A stretch of DNA of 63,944 bases, filler included, from Rhabdomonas costata (taxonomy: Eukaryota), in NCBI GenBank assembly GCA_019059605.1. It is 26 parts of 26 records of this genome, joined end to end, with 100 filler letters (N's around TTAATTAATTAA, not from the genome) between each part and the next. Parts side by side here need not be neighbours in the genome. Positions count along the whole stretch, not along the records: positions 34,504 to 36,867 come from JAHMHO010003799.1; positions 36,968 to 39,330 come from JAHMHO010003800.1; positions 39,431 to 41,792 come from JAHMHO010003801.1; positions 41,893 to 44,255 come from JAHMHO010003802.1; positions 44,356 to 46,716 come from JAHMHO010003803.1; positions 46,817 to 49,178 come from JAHMHO010003804.1; 20 more parts are not named here. One strand, 5' to 3'. Within the stretch, counting starts at the first letter, position 1, and each line of letters starts with the position of its first letter. Positions 36,156 to 47,252 of this stretch are shown here, in pieces. The translations under genes and the position numbers were made by a program. The notes beneath the pieces are model-generated. The model made no database searches. It was not told the origin of the DNA and saw only the letters and a program-made list of their open reading frames with translations.

Positions 36156-37329
36156 GTGCTGCCGGGGGCTCCGAGCTGTGGCTTGGTTTCATGAAGCTCC
36201 GAGGATTTTTACAATAACTCACTGGTTGGCGCTTAAAATGCCGATGTGAGTGAATGGCAACAAGGTGAAGCCGAAGAGCAGTATGAACGATCCCTGCCCT
36301 TTATGTACTCCAAAACACAACTGATCCGGACATACGAGTGGCTCTGTTCCACGTAGCTACACTGATGGGAGGAGGGCTGGACGACCTTGGGTACTTGATT
36401 TCAGGCGCACCGGATGTGCGGGAAAAAGCCTGCTGTCGGAACCCCCAGCTCCTCATCTCTGCTTTGTTTGCATGCTGCCTCGAAGGAGTCACGGGCTAAT
36501 TTTTTAAATTTGGGTTTCAGTGAATCACAACCAAACTGAAGCCGGTGACCAGTCTGCACCGCAGTTTTAATTTTCCCCGTGAGGTTTTTTTGCAGGTAAC
36601 TCCCTCCCTCCAACTCCCTCCACCGGACGCGATCGGACGCAGGTTCCCGTTGGTAGGTGGGCTAGACTCAAGGAGCATGTACTCTACAGTGGTGCTGATT
36701 TCCGCTTTTTTATACGGGCGCGTGATTCCAGTTGCATCGGAACTTCCTGGGGCACTGCTGGGATAGTGTGCCTTTGAACTTCCAGGATTTGGTCACATGG
36801 GATGCAAGCCTGTGTGTATATACACATGTGTGTGTTTGAGGGTTAACATTCCGAGGCCCACCCCACANNNNNNNNNNNNNNNNNNNNNNNNNNNNNNNNN
36901 NNNNNNNNNNNTTAATTAATTAANNNNNNNNNNNNNNNNNNNNNNNNNNNNNNNNNNNNNNNNNNNNATGAACGGTTCCCAGGAGATTGCCGTACAAAAG
37001 GGACTGAATTATTTTCGGTGCGGAGGCCAGTCCGCGGCGCGGCCTAAGCGGGGAGGTGCGTGGGCGGGGAAGTTCCCCTGGTTTGCGGCCTGGATTCTGA
37101 TACCCGTGAACCAGCTGGTGTGGGATGGTTCACGGGGGGTCGAGTTTCAGCTTAACTTTGGGTTCTCCTTTGGTCGACGATGGAACTCTCCGGCCATTTA
37201 CGGAATGTTGTCCAATAGCGGAGCAGCTTTTAGCATTTGGCTTTTACCCACTGTAGCACTTTTCTGCTAAGGAACTGCAACCGCGTGAAATTTGGCCCAA
37301 ATGCACGTATCAGTTTTTTTTGGTCCCAG

Positions 37330-38801
37330 GAAATGATCCGGCTGGTCGGACTGTCTGCAACCCTGCCGAACTACAAGGACGTCGCTCACTTCCTGCGGGT
37401 CTCAAAAGACAAGGGTCTCTTCCACTTCGATAATTCCTACCGTCCTGTGCCTCTACAGCAGCAGGTTTGCGTTCGTACTCGACCCCAGTTTTTTCGGGGA
37501 TTTATTCGGGATGGCCTTCCCAAGCACAGTATAGTGTCTCTGAAGTTCAACGAAGCACAGAAACAACACCAGGGCTGTAATTTACAGATGGCACACGGGT
37601 GGCTTTCTTTTTTGTGGTAACTTCACACATATAAATTAATGGGTGCAATGGGTCGGATTCTTTGGATTCTTTGTGGTCTGGAGGTTCAGCATTGTTAGTC
37701 TTTGGCGCCACATGTTTTTGCCGCATGCCCGTATGCCCCTGTTTCGAAACCATCTTCGTTGCCTCGCAGTACGTGGGTATCACCGAGAAGAAGCCCCTGA
37801 AGCGCTTCCAACTGATGAATGAGATCTGCTATGAGAAGGTTGTGCACAATCCACCCACCGACGCACGAGATGCGGATTTTCCAAGGAGTACATTCATCAT
37901 GAGATGTCCACCGCTGCGCGACTGGGTACCGGAGAGGAGAGCGGCACGTTTGAGTGTGTGGTTTTGGTAATTGATCCGCCTTTTTGGTGCAGGTCATGGA
38001 GCAAGCCGGTAAAAACCAGATCCTCATCTTCGTGCACTCCAGGAAGGACACCGGAAAGACAGCTCGTGCAGTTCGGGATATGGCCCTCCAGGCCGATACA
38101 ATCGGTGTGCCTGTGTTTCGATACCTGCCTTGCGCTACCATGCTTTTCTTTCCTTACTTCGTTCGAATGACCACTTAACCCCAACAACGTATGTGGTGAA
38201 AACAGAAACACTCAGATCAAGTTTAATGGAAGCGTATTGGTAGTGACGAAATTTCCCCTTCACCCTCGAAATTCGGGAACGCTTTGATGATTTGGATGAA
38301 ACATTTCACAGTTTTTTGTGTCATAGGCAATACGCGTCGTTGCAAGGACAGAACCTGAATGTTCAGTATTCAATTCATGGAGTCGCTTTTGCGCTGACAT
38401 GGGAATGTTGCTTTGTAGTCCAGAAAAATGGGGTCTGCTGGAAGTCTTTTTTTTTTTCAAAGTTTGGATTATGATTTGCTATGCAGTGCTTTTCCCCTTG
38501 TAATGTTGGATTTCCTTGATGTATCAGGATGCGTATTCATTTGCGCTGCTTTCGTTTCTACCCACCCCCCCCACTTTTTGGTTCTGTGCTGTTGCCGTTT
38601 GCACCGTTCCTCAAACACTGCACGTGACTAAGCAGCTGCTCAAATCAAATCATTCCGTATTCCGCTGCAAGGTCGTTTCCTCCGGGAGGACAGCGCCAGC
38701 CGGGAGATCCTGACCACGGAGGCCGAGGGCCTGAAGCACCTCGAGCTGAAGGACCTGCTGCCCTACGGGTTCGGCATCCATCACGCCGGGATGAACCGCC
38801 G
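37330..38801 (+). CDS. BRR2: U5 snRNP 200-kDa helicase Brr2 (SNRNP200), internal fragment, 4 exons
   Basis: Exons 37330-37464, 37770-37838, 37993-38104 and 38672-38801 give [67 protein letters not shown] and [16 protein letters not shown]. Confidence 0.95.
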
Positions 38802-39057
38802 GTTTATGTGTCTGTGCATGTGTGTGGGGGAGAGGGTAAAGTCGTCACCCCAGTCATCATCTAGCGACTGCTCGAGACTCCGGTCATCTTCAGGTACCGT
38901 ACCTGCTGGCCCAATCGCCCAATCGAGACCAGCGTGTCGCACGTGACATGGATTCGAGCCGATTTCGGTGCCTGATAGTATCCTTACCAGTGTTTACCCT
39001 TTACACCCATCTTGCAGAAGCCAGCCTGGAGGAGAACTCCAGAACTCCTACACATAC

Positions 39058-39105
39058 GTCTACAGGAAGCACAAAAACCCTGAAGTTCTTGTGCTTCCTG
39101 TAGAC
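39058..39105. repeat. 17-bp perfect-stem hairpin in Brr2 intron
   Basis: GTCTACAGGAAGCACAA ... TTGTGCTTCCTGTAGAC. Confidence 0.88.
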
Positions 39106-39927
39106 AAAAGTAGACAAAAGAAGCCGACGCACATTAGCACTAGAGATACCTTGACCCACACTTGAAGCCAACGCACGCAAATCCTGCCCCATGAAGCAAC
39201 AACGTGGGTTGGAGAATGGTTTAGTTCCTTGTTCCTTATAGCTTGTCCTTGGCGTTCTTGGTCAAATATTTCCTCCCAACCCGGTACTTCAGTTTTCTGG
39301 GGCGGGAAATCTAAGGGTTTTTACCACTTANNNNNNNNNNNNNNNNNNNNNNNNNNNNNNNNNNNNNNNNNNNNTTAATTAATTAANNNNNNNNNNNNNN
39401 NNNNNNNNNNNNNNNNNNNNNNNNNNNNNNTGTTGTTGGTCCGACTACTTCGGAGATCGAGCGGCCTTCTTTGCCCCCGAAGGGGAGCTAGGGGAATCAG
39501 GGGAGTTAGGGAGTTAGGGAGTTAGGGGACAACTCGTCTGCCTATTTTTTGGCAGGAAACTCAGGAGCACTTGTTCAGGAAGCCAACATAACGGTCCGGA
39601 AGAGAGAAGAGAAAGTACCACCGAACAAGGGTCACAAGGGTCGCTGGAAGATCCGGGGATACCGCACCACACAATCTAAACCCATTCTTTCGTCCATTGA
39701 ACAAGGAGCCTAGGTGTGCGGGAAAAGGAGCTATGGGGTGGGGAACGACGCTTTGTGGGGAAAGAGTATTGCCCACACCAAAGAGAGAATTTGAACTCGT
39801 TGTTTACTAATGCTGGGCCGCAGGGCCGTTTAGCGGTTTTGACATGCAACGAGTTTAAGTGTTTAACACACTGATCCCAAAAATATCATCAAAACGTTTG
39901 GATAAGCGCGGCGGCGGGACGCCCAAC

Positions 39928-41291
39928 CTGAATATCAAACTGCAGGGCTTGCTTCAGGGTTGTTGGAAAGCCGTCGACCAGCACAGTACCCCCTGAAGGG
40001 CAGGCCAACACTTTGGACCGGAGCAGGGACACCGCTGAGAAAGCAAATGAAAACCATTGAAAAAGGGATGTACGGAATGCGCAGAGGCGGAGACCGCCGA
40101 CCCCATCGCAGTGAGGCGTAGCTAACCCTTCTGCGGTATACGAACTCCACCTTCAGACCAGCGACGCAACGCAACGCGCATCCCGAGCGGACGAGTTCTT
40201 CCTTGGTTTCAAAAGGGCCAGCCATAACGTTTGAAAGGTTTACAAGGTCTCTGATGGAAAGCAGTGAGCACTGCACTGGAGGGTGGGGTTGTCAAAGAAT
40301 GAGAGAGGCCTTGCTCAGGGTCCGCACTGAGTTCCTCTACACTGATGTGAGTGTAGCCGAACTCCTCGGCAGCCATTCTGCAGCACGTGGTTTTTCCCGC
40401 CCCAGGAGGACCTGAACGAAAGGGCGAAGGGGCAAAAGGGCGAAAGAGAGGCAATGGGAACTCATTCCGCTACGTATGCCACCCTTGCAGTGAAATGCAC
40501 TGGCCTGGAGCGAAAGCAATGAGACGTTTTCACCTGCACCGACTTGACTTTTGGGGACGGTACGGCACCTTGAAACCCGATGTGTACCCAGAGTTGGCGA
40601 GCGGCATTTGCTTTGGCCGTATTTCGAAAGAGCTGACCTCTGAGGCCCATTGCTAAAAGTGCGATTTACCGTTGACATCTTACCCACAGAAGACTGCAGT
40701 GAAATCACGGAGTGAGTTTGTGCTGGTGGCGCAGCACGTTGGCTGTTGCCTAAATGGCTGTTGCTGCCGTCCGCCGTCGAATGACCACCGTCGAATGATG
40801 GGCGTGCGGGCTGTTGGCCACGGGGTGCAAGGGGTACGTTCGGGTACTTCGAAAGGTGCCGAGGGGTGCCGGCTCAACGCCGAGCGTTCCAGATGCGGTA
40901 ACCTCCTTTCTGCCCCACGGGTCCTGGGCCTTTGTCGCGCAGCTACTTTTTTCCACCGGCAATCTGTGCTGATCCATTGCTGCTCGAGCGTCTGAGTCTC
41001 CGTCACGGTGTGTGTGTGTGTGTGCGCTCGCGCGTGTGCGTGTGTCAATGCGTAGAACAACAATGAAGGCGCCATTTTTTCCGCCTTGGTGGGACAGCAA
41101 GCAAAATATTTAAGGCGCAAGCTGTCTGCAAAACCACACAAACCCACGATGTAGGCGACATTACAGTCTCCGACTTTTTCGTCCTTGATCTTCGCCAGCT
41201 CCTGGGACAGCACGCCGTGGGTGTTGTGGGGCCTCTGCTGAATCAGTACCTTCATCAGCCGTTCAAACACCTGCTGCACAGAGTGCAGCTC
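39928..41291 (-). CDS. Adenylate/UMP-CMP kinase-like protein with N-terminal Dpy-30/RIIa-like docking motif, partial, 3 exons
   Basis: Exons 41291-41144, 40411-~40310 and 40034-39928 give VQQVFERLMKVLIQQRP.., YIV|GPPGAGKTT (P-loop), FGYTHISV and VLVDGFPTTLKQA..F. Confidence 0.82.
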
Positions 41292-41555
41292 CTGTGAGGC
41301 AGAGAAAGCAACTGAGGATTTTGGAGATTCTGGAGACCCACACCGAATGGAAGCAGGATCCACGCGCAGAAGGACGTAGCGCAGTTCCAAACACAGACGT
41401 GGAGAACCCAATGTTCAACGCATACACTGAGTTCTACAGTTCTTTGCAACAGAGAAGATAAGGGACCAGTAGGAAGACAAACTATCACATTCGATCGTTC
41501 GACATTGAAGAAAACAGCCACACACACAGGCGAACTCAGCGCCTCGGTTTCGCGC

Positions 41556-41789
41556 GGTTGGGAATAAGGCATGCACCAAATTAGTAACATTCCCTTTCTA
41601 GGTCCTCGGAAGCCTCCTCCTTATGATAGCAGGACAATTCAACCCTAATGAGAATCCCCAACACACACCATACCATATACTGTGCGTCCAAGGCACCTTC
41701 ATCAGCTGCCATCGTAAAAGAGAGTAGCACAAGATAAAGCACGCACAAAAGGGAATGTTACTAATTTGGTGCATGCCTTATTCCCAACC
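41556..41789. repeat. Perfect 42-bp inverted repeat at contig end (fold-back artefact or MITE)
   Basis: 41556-41597 is the exact reverse complement of 41748-41789, with a 150-nt spacer. Confidence 0.92.
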
Positions 41790-42009
41790 CCCNNNNNNNN
41801 NNNNNNNNNNNNNNNNNNNNNNNNNNNNNNNNNNNNTTAATTAATTAANNNNNNNNNNNNNNNNNNNNNNNNNNNNNNNNNNNNNNNNNNNNCAATTTCG
41901 GCCGCGCCGCGGACTGGCCTCCGCACGTGCATCGCCTCCTAACCCCCTGCAAACCTTCTATTAGAATCCCAGGGGGCACGTGCATCGCCTCCTAACTGAG
42001 CTCCGTTTG

Positions 42010-42064
42010 TGGTTCACGTCTGTGAACCAGTTTTGGTTCACGTTTGTGAACCAAAACTGGTTCA
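42010..42064. repeat. Nested palindromic array of TGGTTCAC/GTGAACCA units
   Basis: Five alternating half-sites. 42023-42064 is a perfect 19-bp stem with a 4-nt loop. Confidence 0.9.
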
Positions 42065-42412
42065 AGTGGCTCACGGGGGGAGGAGGTCGAGTTTCAGCCT
42101 CGCACCAAAAAACCAACAGGTGTGCAGCATATGCACACAAGGACACGCCGAGGCGCCAAACACACCGCGCCAAGGCACAATGTGTGTGTTTGTACGCGCG
42201 TCTCAGTACCTGGGTGTGTTTCCTCTTTCTTGTGACCGAATTCTTTTTTGGGGAGGCGACGCTCCTTTGTTCCTTAACGGTTGCCCCAACTTTCCTTGTG
42301 ATGTTGAAAGAATGTTGAAATGTATATTTTTTGTTTTTCGCTTTTTGGAATCGCAATAACTCTTTTTTGCTCGTTTTCTCTGGTGATGGTTTTGTTGTGG
42401 TTGTCCTCACAG

Positions 42413-44099
42413 AGCAGGCCGTGAAGTGCGGGCGGAGACTTAAGGCGCTAGTGGGAGACGAGCGGGTGGCGTTCTACTGCTCGCCCTTTCGGCGCACTCT
42501 GCAGACGCTGGCCGGCGTGAGGCAGGCGCTGTGTCCCGCTCAGATCGTGCGTGCAGACCGCCATGACCCCAGGGTGCCCATACTGCCCCCACTTCAAAGA
42601 ACTTCTTGGAATTCCAAAACGCCGTTATCGTGAAAATGTCCGTCATTCGTCTATTTTTAAAGTTCTAAAGAGCGAGCACGGGAGGTGAGGCAGTATTTCA
42701 TGAGGTGGCGGGGTACTGTCCTTCTTTTGCCTTTTTTTTAGGGACTTTCCGACTGACTGGTGCAGGTGACTGAAACGTACTGTGGTTTGTGGCGGTCAAG
42801 TTTGGCAGTTAGGGCCAGAAGGATCTTTTGTTTTGAAACTGTTCACCGTCTCGTGGGATCCTGAAACTAATTCGCCGTGAAGGGGAACTCTAGTGCCGTT
42901 TCCGTCCAGATATGCGTTATGGGAGTGGGGCCGGTCTCTGGCGGTGTTTTCCATTCCTCGTGCCGGTTGCTATGCCGTTGACGCGGAAACATAGGGATGC
43001 CCTTTTTCTGTCCAACGCCCGGCACAAAAAGTGTCCACGGCTGGTTCGGCAAATTGTCCACGGTGGACCACACTGCTAATTGCCGCCGCTAGACAGAGTA
43101 CTGCTTCTGTGTCTGCTGCAGATCCGAGAGCAGGAGTTCGGCAACTTCCAGGTGGTATCCGAGATGGAGCGGTCGCTGGAGGAGCGGAGCCGAGTGGGGC
43201 GCTTCTGGTACCGGTTTCCAACGGGCGAGAGCGGCGCGGACGTGTACCAGAGGATCTCGAGCTTCCTTGGTTCCCCTCACTTTGCTTGTTTTGGGTTTCC
43301 TGGGTGTCCTTTTGTGGCTGTGCATTGGGCATGGGCTGTGCTTCCTGTCAGTTGAGGGAGGGTAATTGTGGCGGTTATCATAGTGCCATTTATTGCGGAT
43401 CACAATCATCCTATCATATTTTATTCTGATCATACGAACAAAACTTTATCGGTTTGCCCCGACGCGTTCTGGGCTGAACCCCCACACTGCACAAAAGGAC
43501 ACTATGGCGCTGATGGGACTGGAGCATCCGCCACCACACAACAGGCCAACGTTCACCGCCTGCCCAGGGGTTCAACATGACGTGGTCTACCAAACGTGAT
43601 CACTGATCACCTTCAGAACTGATCGCTTTTTTCCTCACCATCCCACCGTCAATTAGGCTCATATGACTGTCGATGCCCTTCCCTTAGCACGTGTAACTCG
43701 CCGTGCGTATGTATGTACATGAGAAGGTGTGGAAGTTATGGAGTCCATTTTGGATTTGACGCCGTGTAGAAAAGAATTTCATTGCTTTGCAGTCGGGGAA
43801 CAGAAGTTATCCGTTCTTTGTTTGGCCAAAAAGCACTCTCGTCGTTGTGCACTTATCGTAATTGTTGGGTGGTCGTAGAAAGCATGTTTCGGGAGCTTGA
43901 CCTGAATTACCAGCGGCCCGAGCTGCGGCGGCCGGAGAACATTGTGGTGGTGACCCACGGACTGACAATGCGGCTGTTTTGCATGCGGTTCTTCCGTTGG
44001 TCTGTGGGGACTTTCGAGACGGTGTGGAACCCCGGGCACTGTGAGATGTGGGTGTTGCAGTGCGACCAGGCGACGGGCTCCTACACCCTCACCTCTCAG
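42413..44099 (+). CDS. Histidine phosphatase (PGM-like, DET1-type), partial, 3 exons
   Basis: Exons 42413-42573, 43122-43269 and 43879-44099 give YCSPFRRTLQT, DPR|IREQEFGNFQ, GRFWYRFPTGESGADVYQR and VVTHGLTMRLFCMRFFRWSV..FE...NP. Confidence 0.92.
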
Positions 44100-44634
44100 G
44101 TCGCTTCCCTCGCCCGCCTCTTGGCACAACCGCTGCCTCGGTGTCGTATTACCCCCATGATGACGGAAAAATAGCGCTGTTAGCGCATTAGTTGTCACAG
44201 CGTTTTTTGGTGTTCCGTGCCGCCATAACATTTACAGCCACAAGCCACTGTCGAANNNNNNNNNNNNNNNNNNNNNNNNNNNNNNNNNNNNNNNNNNNNT
44301 TAATTAATTAANNNNNNNNNNNNNNNNNNNNNNNNNNNNNNNNNNNNNNNNNNNNCTTTCGAAACTGTGATTGGAACTGAGCCACGTAAGGCGAGGGGAG
44401 GGGGCGCAGCTGAAGCTGGCAGCACCGGGGTGTACTGGGAATCGCACTGAACACGGCTTGGGAGAGAAGCGAGGAGATCAGTCCAAGAAGTATAAGTAGG
44501 GAAAGGGAACAAGAAGAAGAGAACGTCATCGGGAAGAGAGCTGCAGCGTGCACGAAGTATGGAGCATTGTGTGAAAGTGTGTGTTGGGCGCCTTTTCACC
44601 ACGGGGTACTCCCGGGAGGTACCTTCAGAGCAAG

Positions 44635-44682
44635 TCACTCACTCACTCACTCAATACTCACTCACTCACTCACTCACTCACT
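44635..44682 (+). repeat. (CACT)n microsatellite
   Basis: About 11 units with one interruption. Confidence 0.9.
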
Positions 44683-45155
44683 GTCCGTGAGTGCTTGTGT
44701 GCAAAGAGCTCAGAGGATACAGGAGCTTATCGACGGGACGGAGGCTTTCCGCCTTTCCCGATGTAGACCAGAGTGACCCTGTCGGGGTTCACCGGAAACC
44801 TCTTCTCCACCTGTGAGAATCCACGAAAGGAGGTCAGGCCACCGAAAAAAAATAAGCTGGTCTGTCCCTCCGTGCTTCTTCCTCTGGGCCATTGGAGCGC
44901 TAAGATGGAGGGCTAAGCCGAAACAGGCCTGGGGCGCAGTAAGGGTAAACCCAAGCCTGGGAGCTTTTCGGATTTCATTGCCAACTGGGAGTGGGGGGAC
45001 AGCTCAGCGCCCCCCACTCCCAGCACCACCACCAATATCAATTCTCACGCCGCGGGCACAAAGGGAAGGATAGCCATCACCAAGCTGGGCAATAGGTGCT
45101 AGCTGCTGAAGTTATCTCGCTTCGGGGAGAGCGGAATCGTGGCACCCACACACAC

Positions 45156-45361
45156 CTCCTTGATCTGGAAATGCGCCAGCGGGGCAAACAGCACCTCGTC
45201 CTCCTCAGGGCGCTGGCTCAGCGCCGCCAGAGGCGCGCCCAGCGCGTTCTCCACCAGAAAGTGCGTGGCGAATTTCGATGTCTCGAAAACCCGCACCCTT
45301 GGCCCACCTTGGGGGTCCTCCAGGAAGATCTACAGGCAACCAACCCCCTCCATAACCCGAA
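45156..45361 (-). CDS. Exon encoding ADP-ribosyltransferase-like (ExE/ARTT-loop) C-terminal motif
   Basis: THFLVENALGAPLAALSQRPEEDEVLFAPLAHFQIKE|GT matches the F.I...G..I..LS..P.E.EVLF.P...F.V pattern of R-S-E ARTs. The R and STS motifs are not seen on this contig. Confidence 0.6.
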
Positions 45362-45871
45362 CTGCAGGTGAGTTACAGAAGAAAGGAAACAAATGCAAAG
45401 GGAGGGGGTGGCGTTGAAAGTGTGAGATTAAATGGCCGAGGGTAAAGGACATCCTCCCTCCCGGACAAGTACATTTTCTAATTGGGATGTGGGGCATTTC
45501 AGTCTGGAATTGTCAGACCCCATTTAATTTTCATCGCTTGAGCACAGCAGCGGCATGGTCAAGTGATGCCCCATGCATTTTCGTGTGCATTTGCACAAAA
45601 AAGAGGCCACACCTCTTCACGCACTAGGGACCAGATCTTGTTTTGACAACTAACGTCAATTATGTACGATATCAGATGCAAAGCGCCAGACATTTGACCT
45701 GGAGTCCGTTGGTGTCCGGTGACGCTGAGTAAGACGAACCAGAATGACGCTGAAAACACCACCATCAAGGGATGAATTGAAACGGGCAGAATTGGGGAAG
45801 ATGGCGGTGTGGTGGCGGGATGTAAGTGGGGGTGGGAGGAAGACCTGGGCGACGCCCCCATCTGAGGGGAC

Positions 45872-46105
45872 CTCGTACTTGAAAACCAGGGAGGTGCCCG
45901 GGAGTGGGACGCGGCGCTTCATTGGGTTGGCTACGGCTTCTCTGCGCAGGTCGGAGAGAGCTTCCCGGTGGCCTTCAAAGTCCGTCAGCCAGTGCCCTGG
46001 CTTGGAAGGGTTCTCCCCAATCCACTGCAAAAAGAAGAACGAATGGTCCATCCAAAGCCACTTCCACGAATCGTACGCGAGCACCACCGTTACCTTCTGC
46101 TCCAC
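45872..46105 (-). CDS. Probable exon of unknown protein, possibly upstream part of the ART-like gene
   Basis: GC3-rich open frame (..WIGENPSKPGHWLTDFEGHREAL..VFKYE) ending at GAG|GT. No family recognised. Confidence 0.4.
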
Positions 46106-47252
46106 AGATATGTTTCAATGGCTTTAGGTGATGCAGCTTCTGGCCGAGGTCTGCGCGAATCATCTCTTTGTCACTGCAAAGGAAGAGCCGATGGCAGAGA
46201 AAAGATAACTTCCTCGACTCCCCATTCTGGGAAGCTCAGCACATTACTAATGCTCTGCAGCCGCCTCGATTCTCGGACCGTGCGAACTTGACCAAGAGTG
46301 GGTGGTTGAAACCTGCACATGGTCTTGGCGCATTTTAAGGGCACTGCATGTTAATTTTAGAACTCTGCAGGGGGAGCAGAGGTGCTTTCAGGGTCGCCCC
46401 CGTGCTCGGGGTTTATTACTCACTGACAGTGGGAACCAATCGTGAGGAGTGGAAGGCAGCTCTGCAGCTCAAACACTACGACGTTCGCGATGCCTCTCTT
46501 TGGTTCAGGTGCAACGAAAGACAGAGTGCGGCATGATGTGCTTGCACAATTCTGTCACTGAGCCAAGCTGGTCCAAATGCAGCCTCTAATCAAAGCTGGA
46601 GTCCCAGGGCCCCCCTTATCCTCTCAGCGTCCCCCAACTGGAGCATAGCGCTTCCACTGCGCTCTCATTTGAGGTGCTTAACAGCGCCAGTGGAAACAGA
46701 GAAGACCACACCACAANNNNNNNNNNNNNNNNNNNNNNNNNNNNNNNNNNNNNNNNNNNNTTAATTAATTAANNNNNNNNNNNNNNNNNNNNNNNNNNNN
46801 NNNNNNNNNNNNNNNNGGTGTTGGTGGCTGTCGGGGCGGCGGCAACGTACCGGTGGTTGAGGCGGCGGGCGTAGACCCTCCACCCCCAGCACCCCTGCAT
46901 TGCTGTTGCTGGTCGGACATTTTTGTGTTTTTCGTATTATGATTTTTGCAGGTGTTTGTGGATCTTTGCGCACCGTATCGGTGGCTGTGGTTGCACGTGG
47001 TTGCATGTGGGAGAACTATATTTGTGACCTGACGAGTTCCTTTTTGGCTGAAATTTGCATTCGAGTTGAGAGCCCTGTGGTATGTTTGCTGAACTGGCCA
47101 TGACATCATGATGTGATGATTTCCTGCGCACGCTTGCAAGTGTGCTGTTTCTCGACTACACCCCCGACTGTGTACTTCTGAAATCGCGTTGCCTCTTCGA
47201 TTCAGTTGCTGCTGCTCTTTTTGTTGGTCTTTGTCCCAAAGCAATCCTGACG

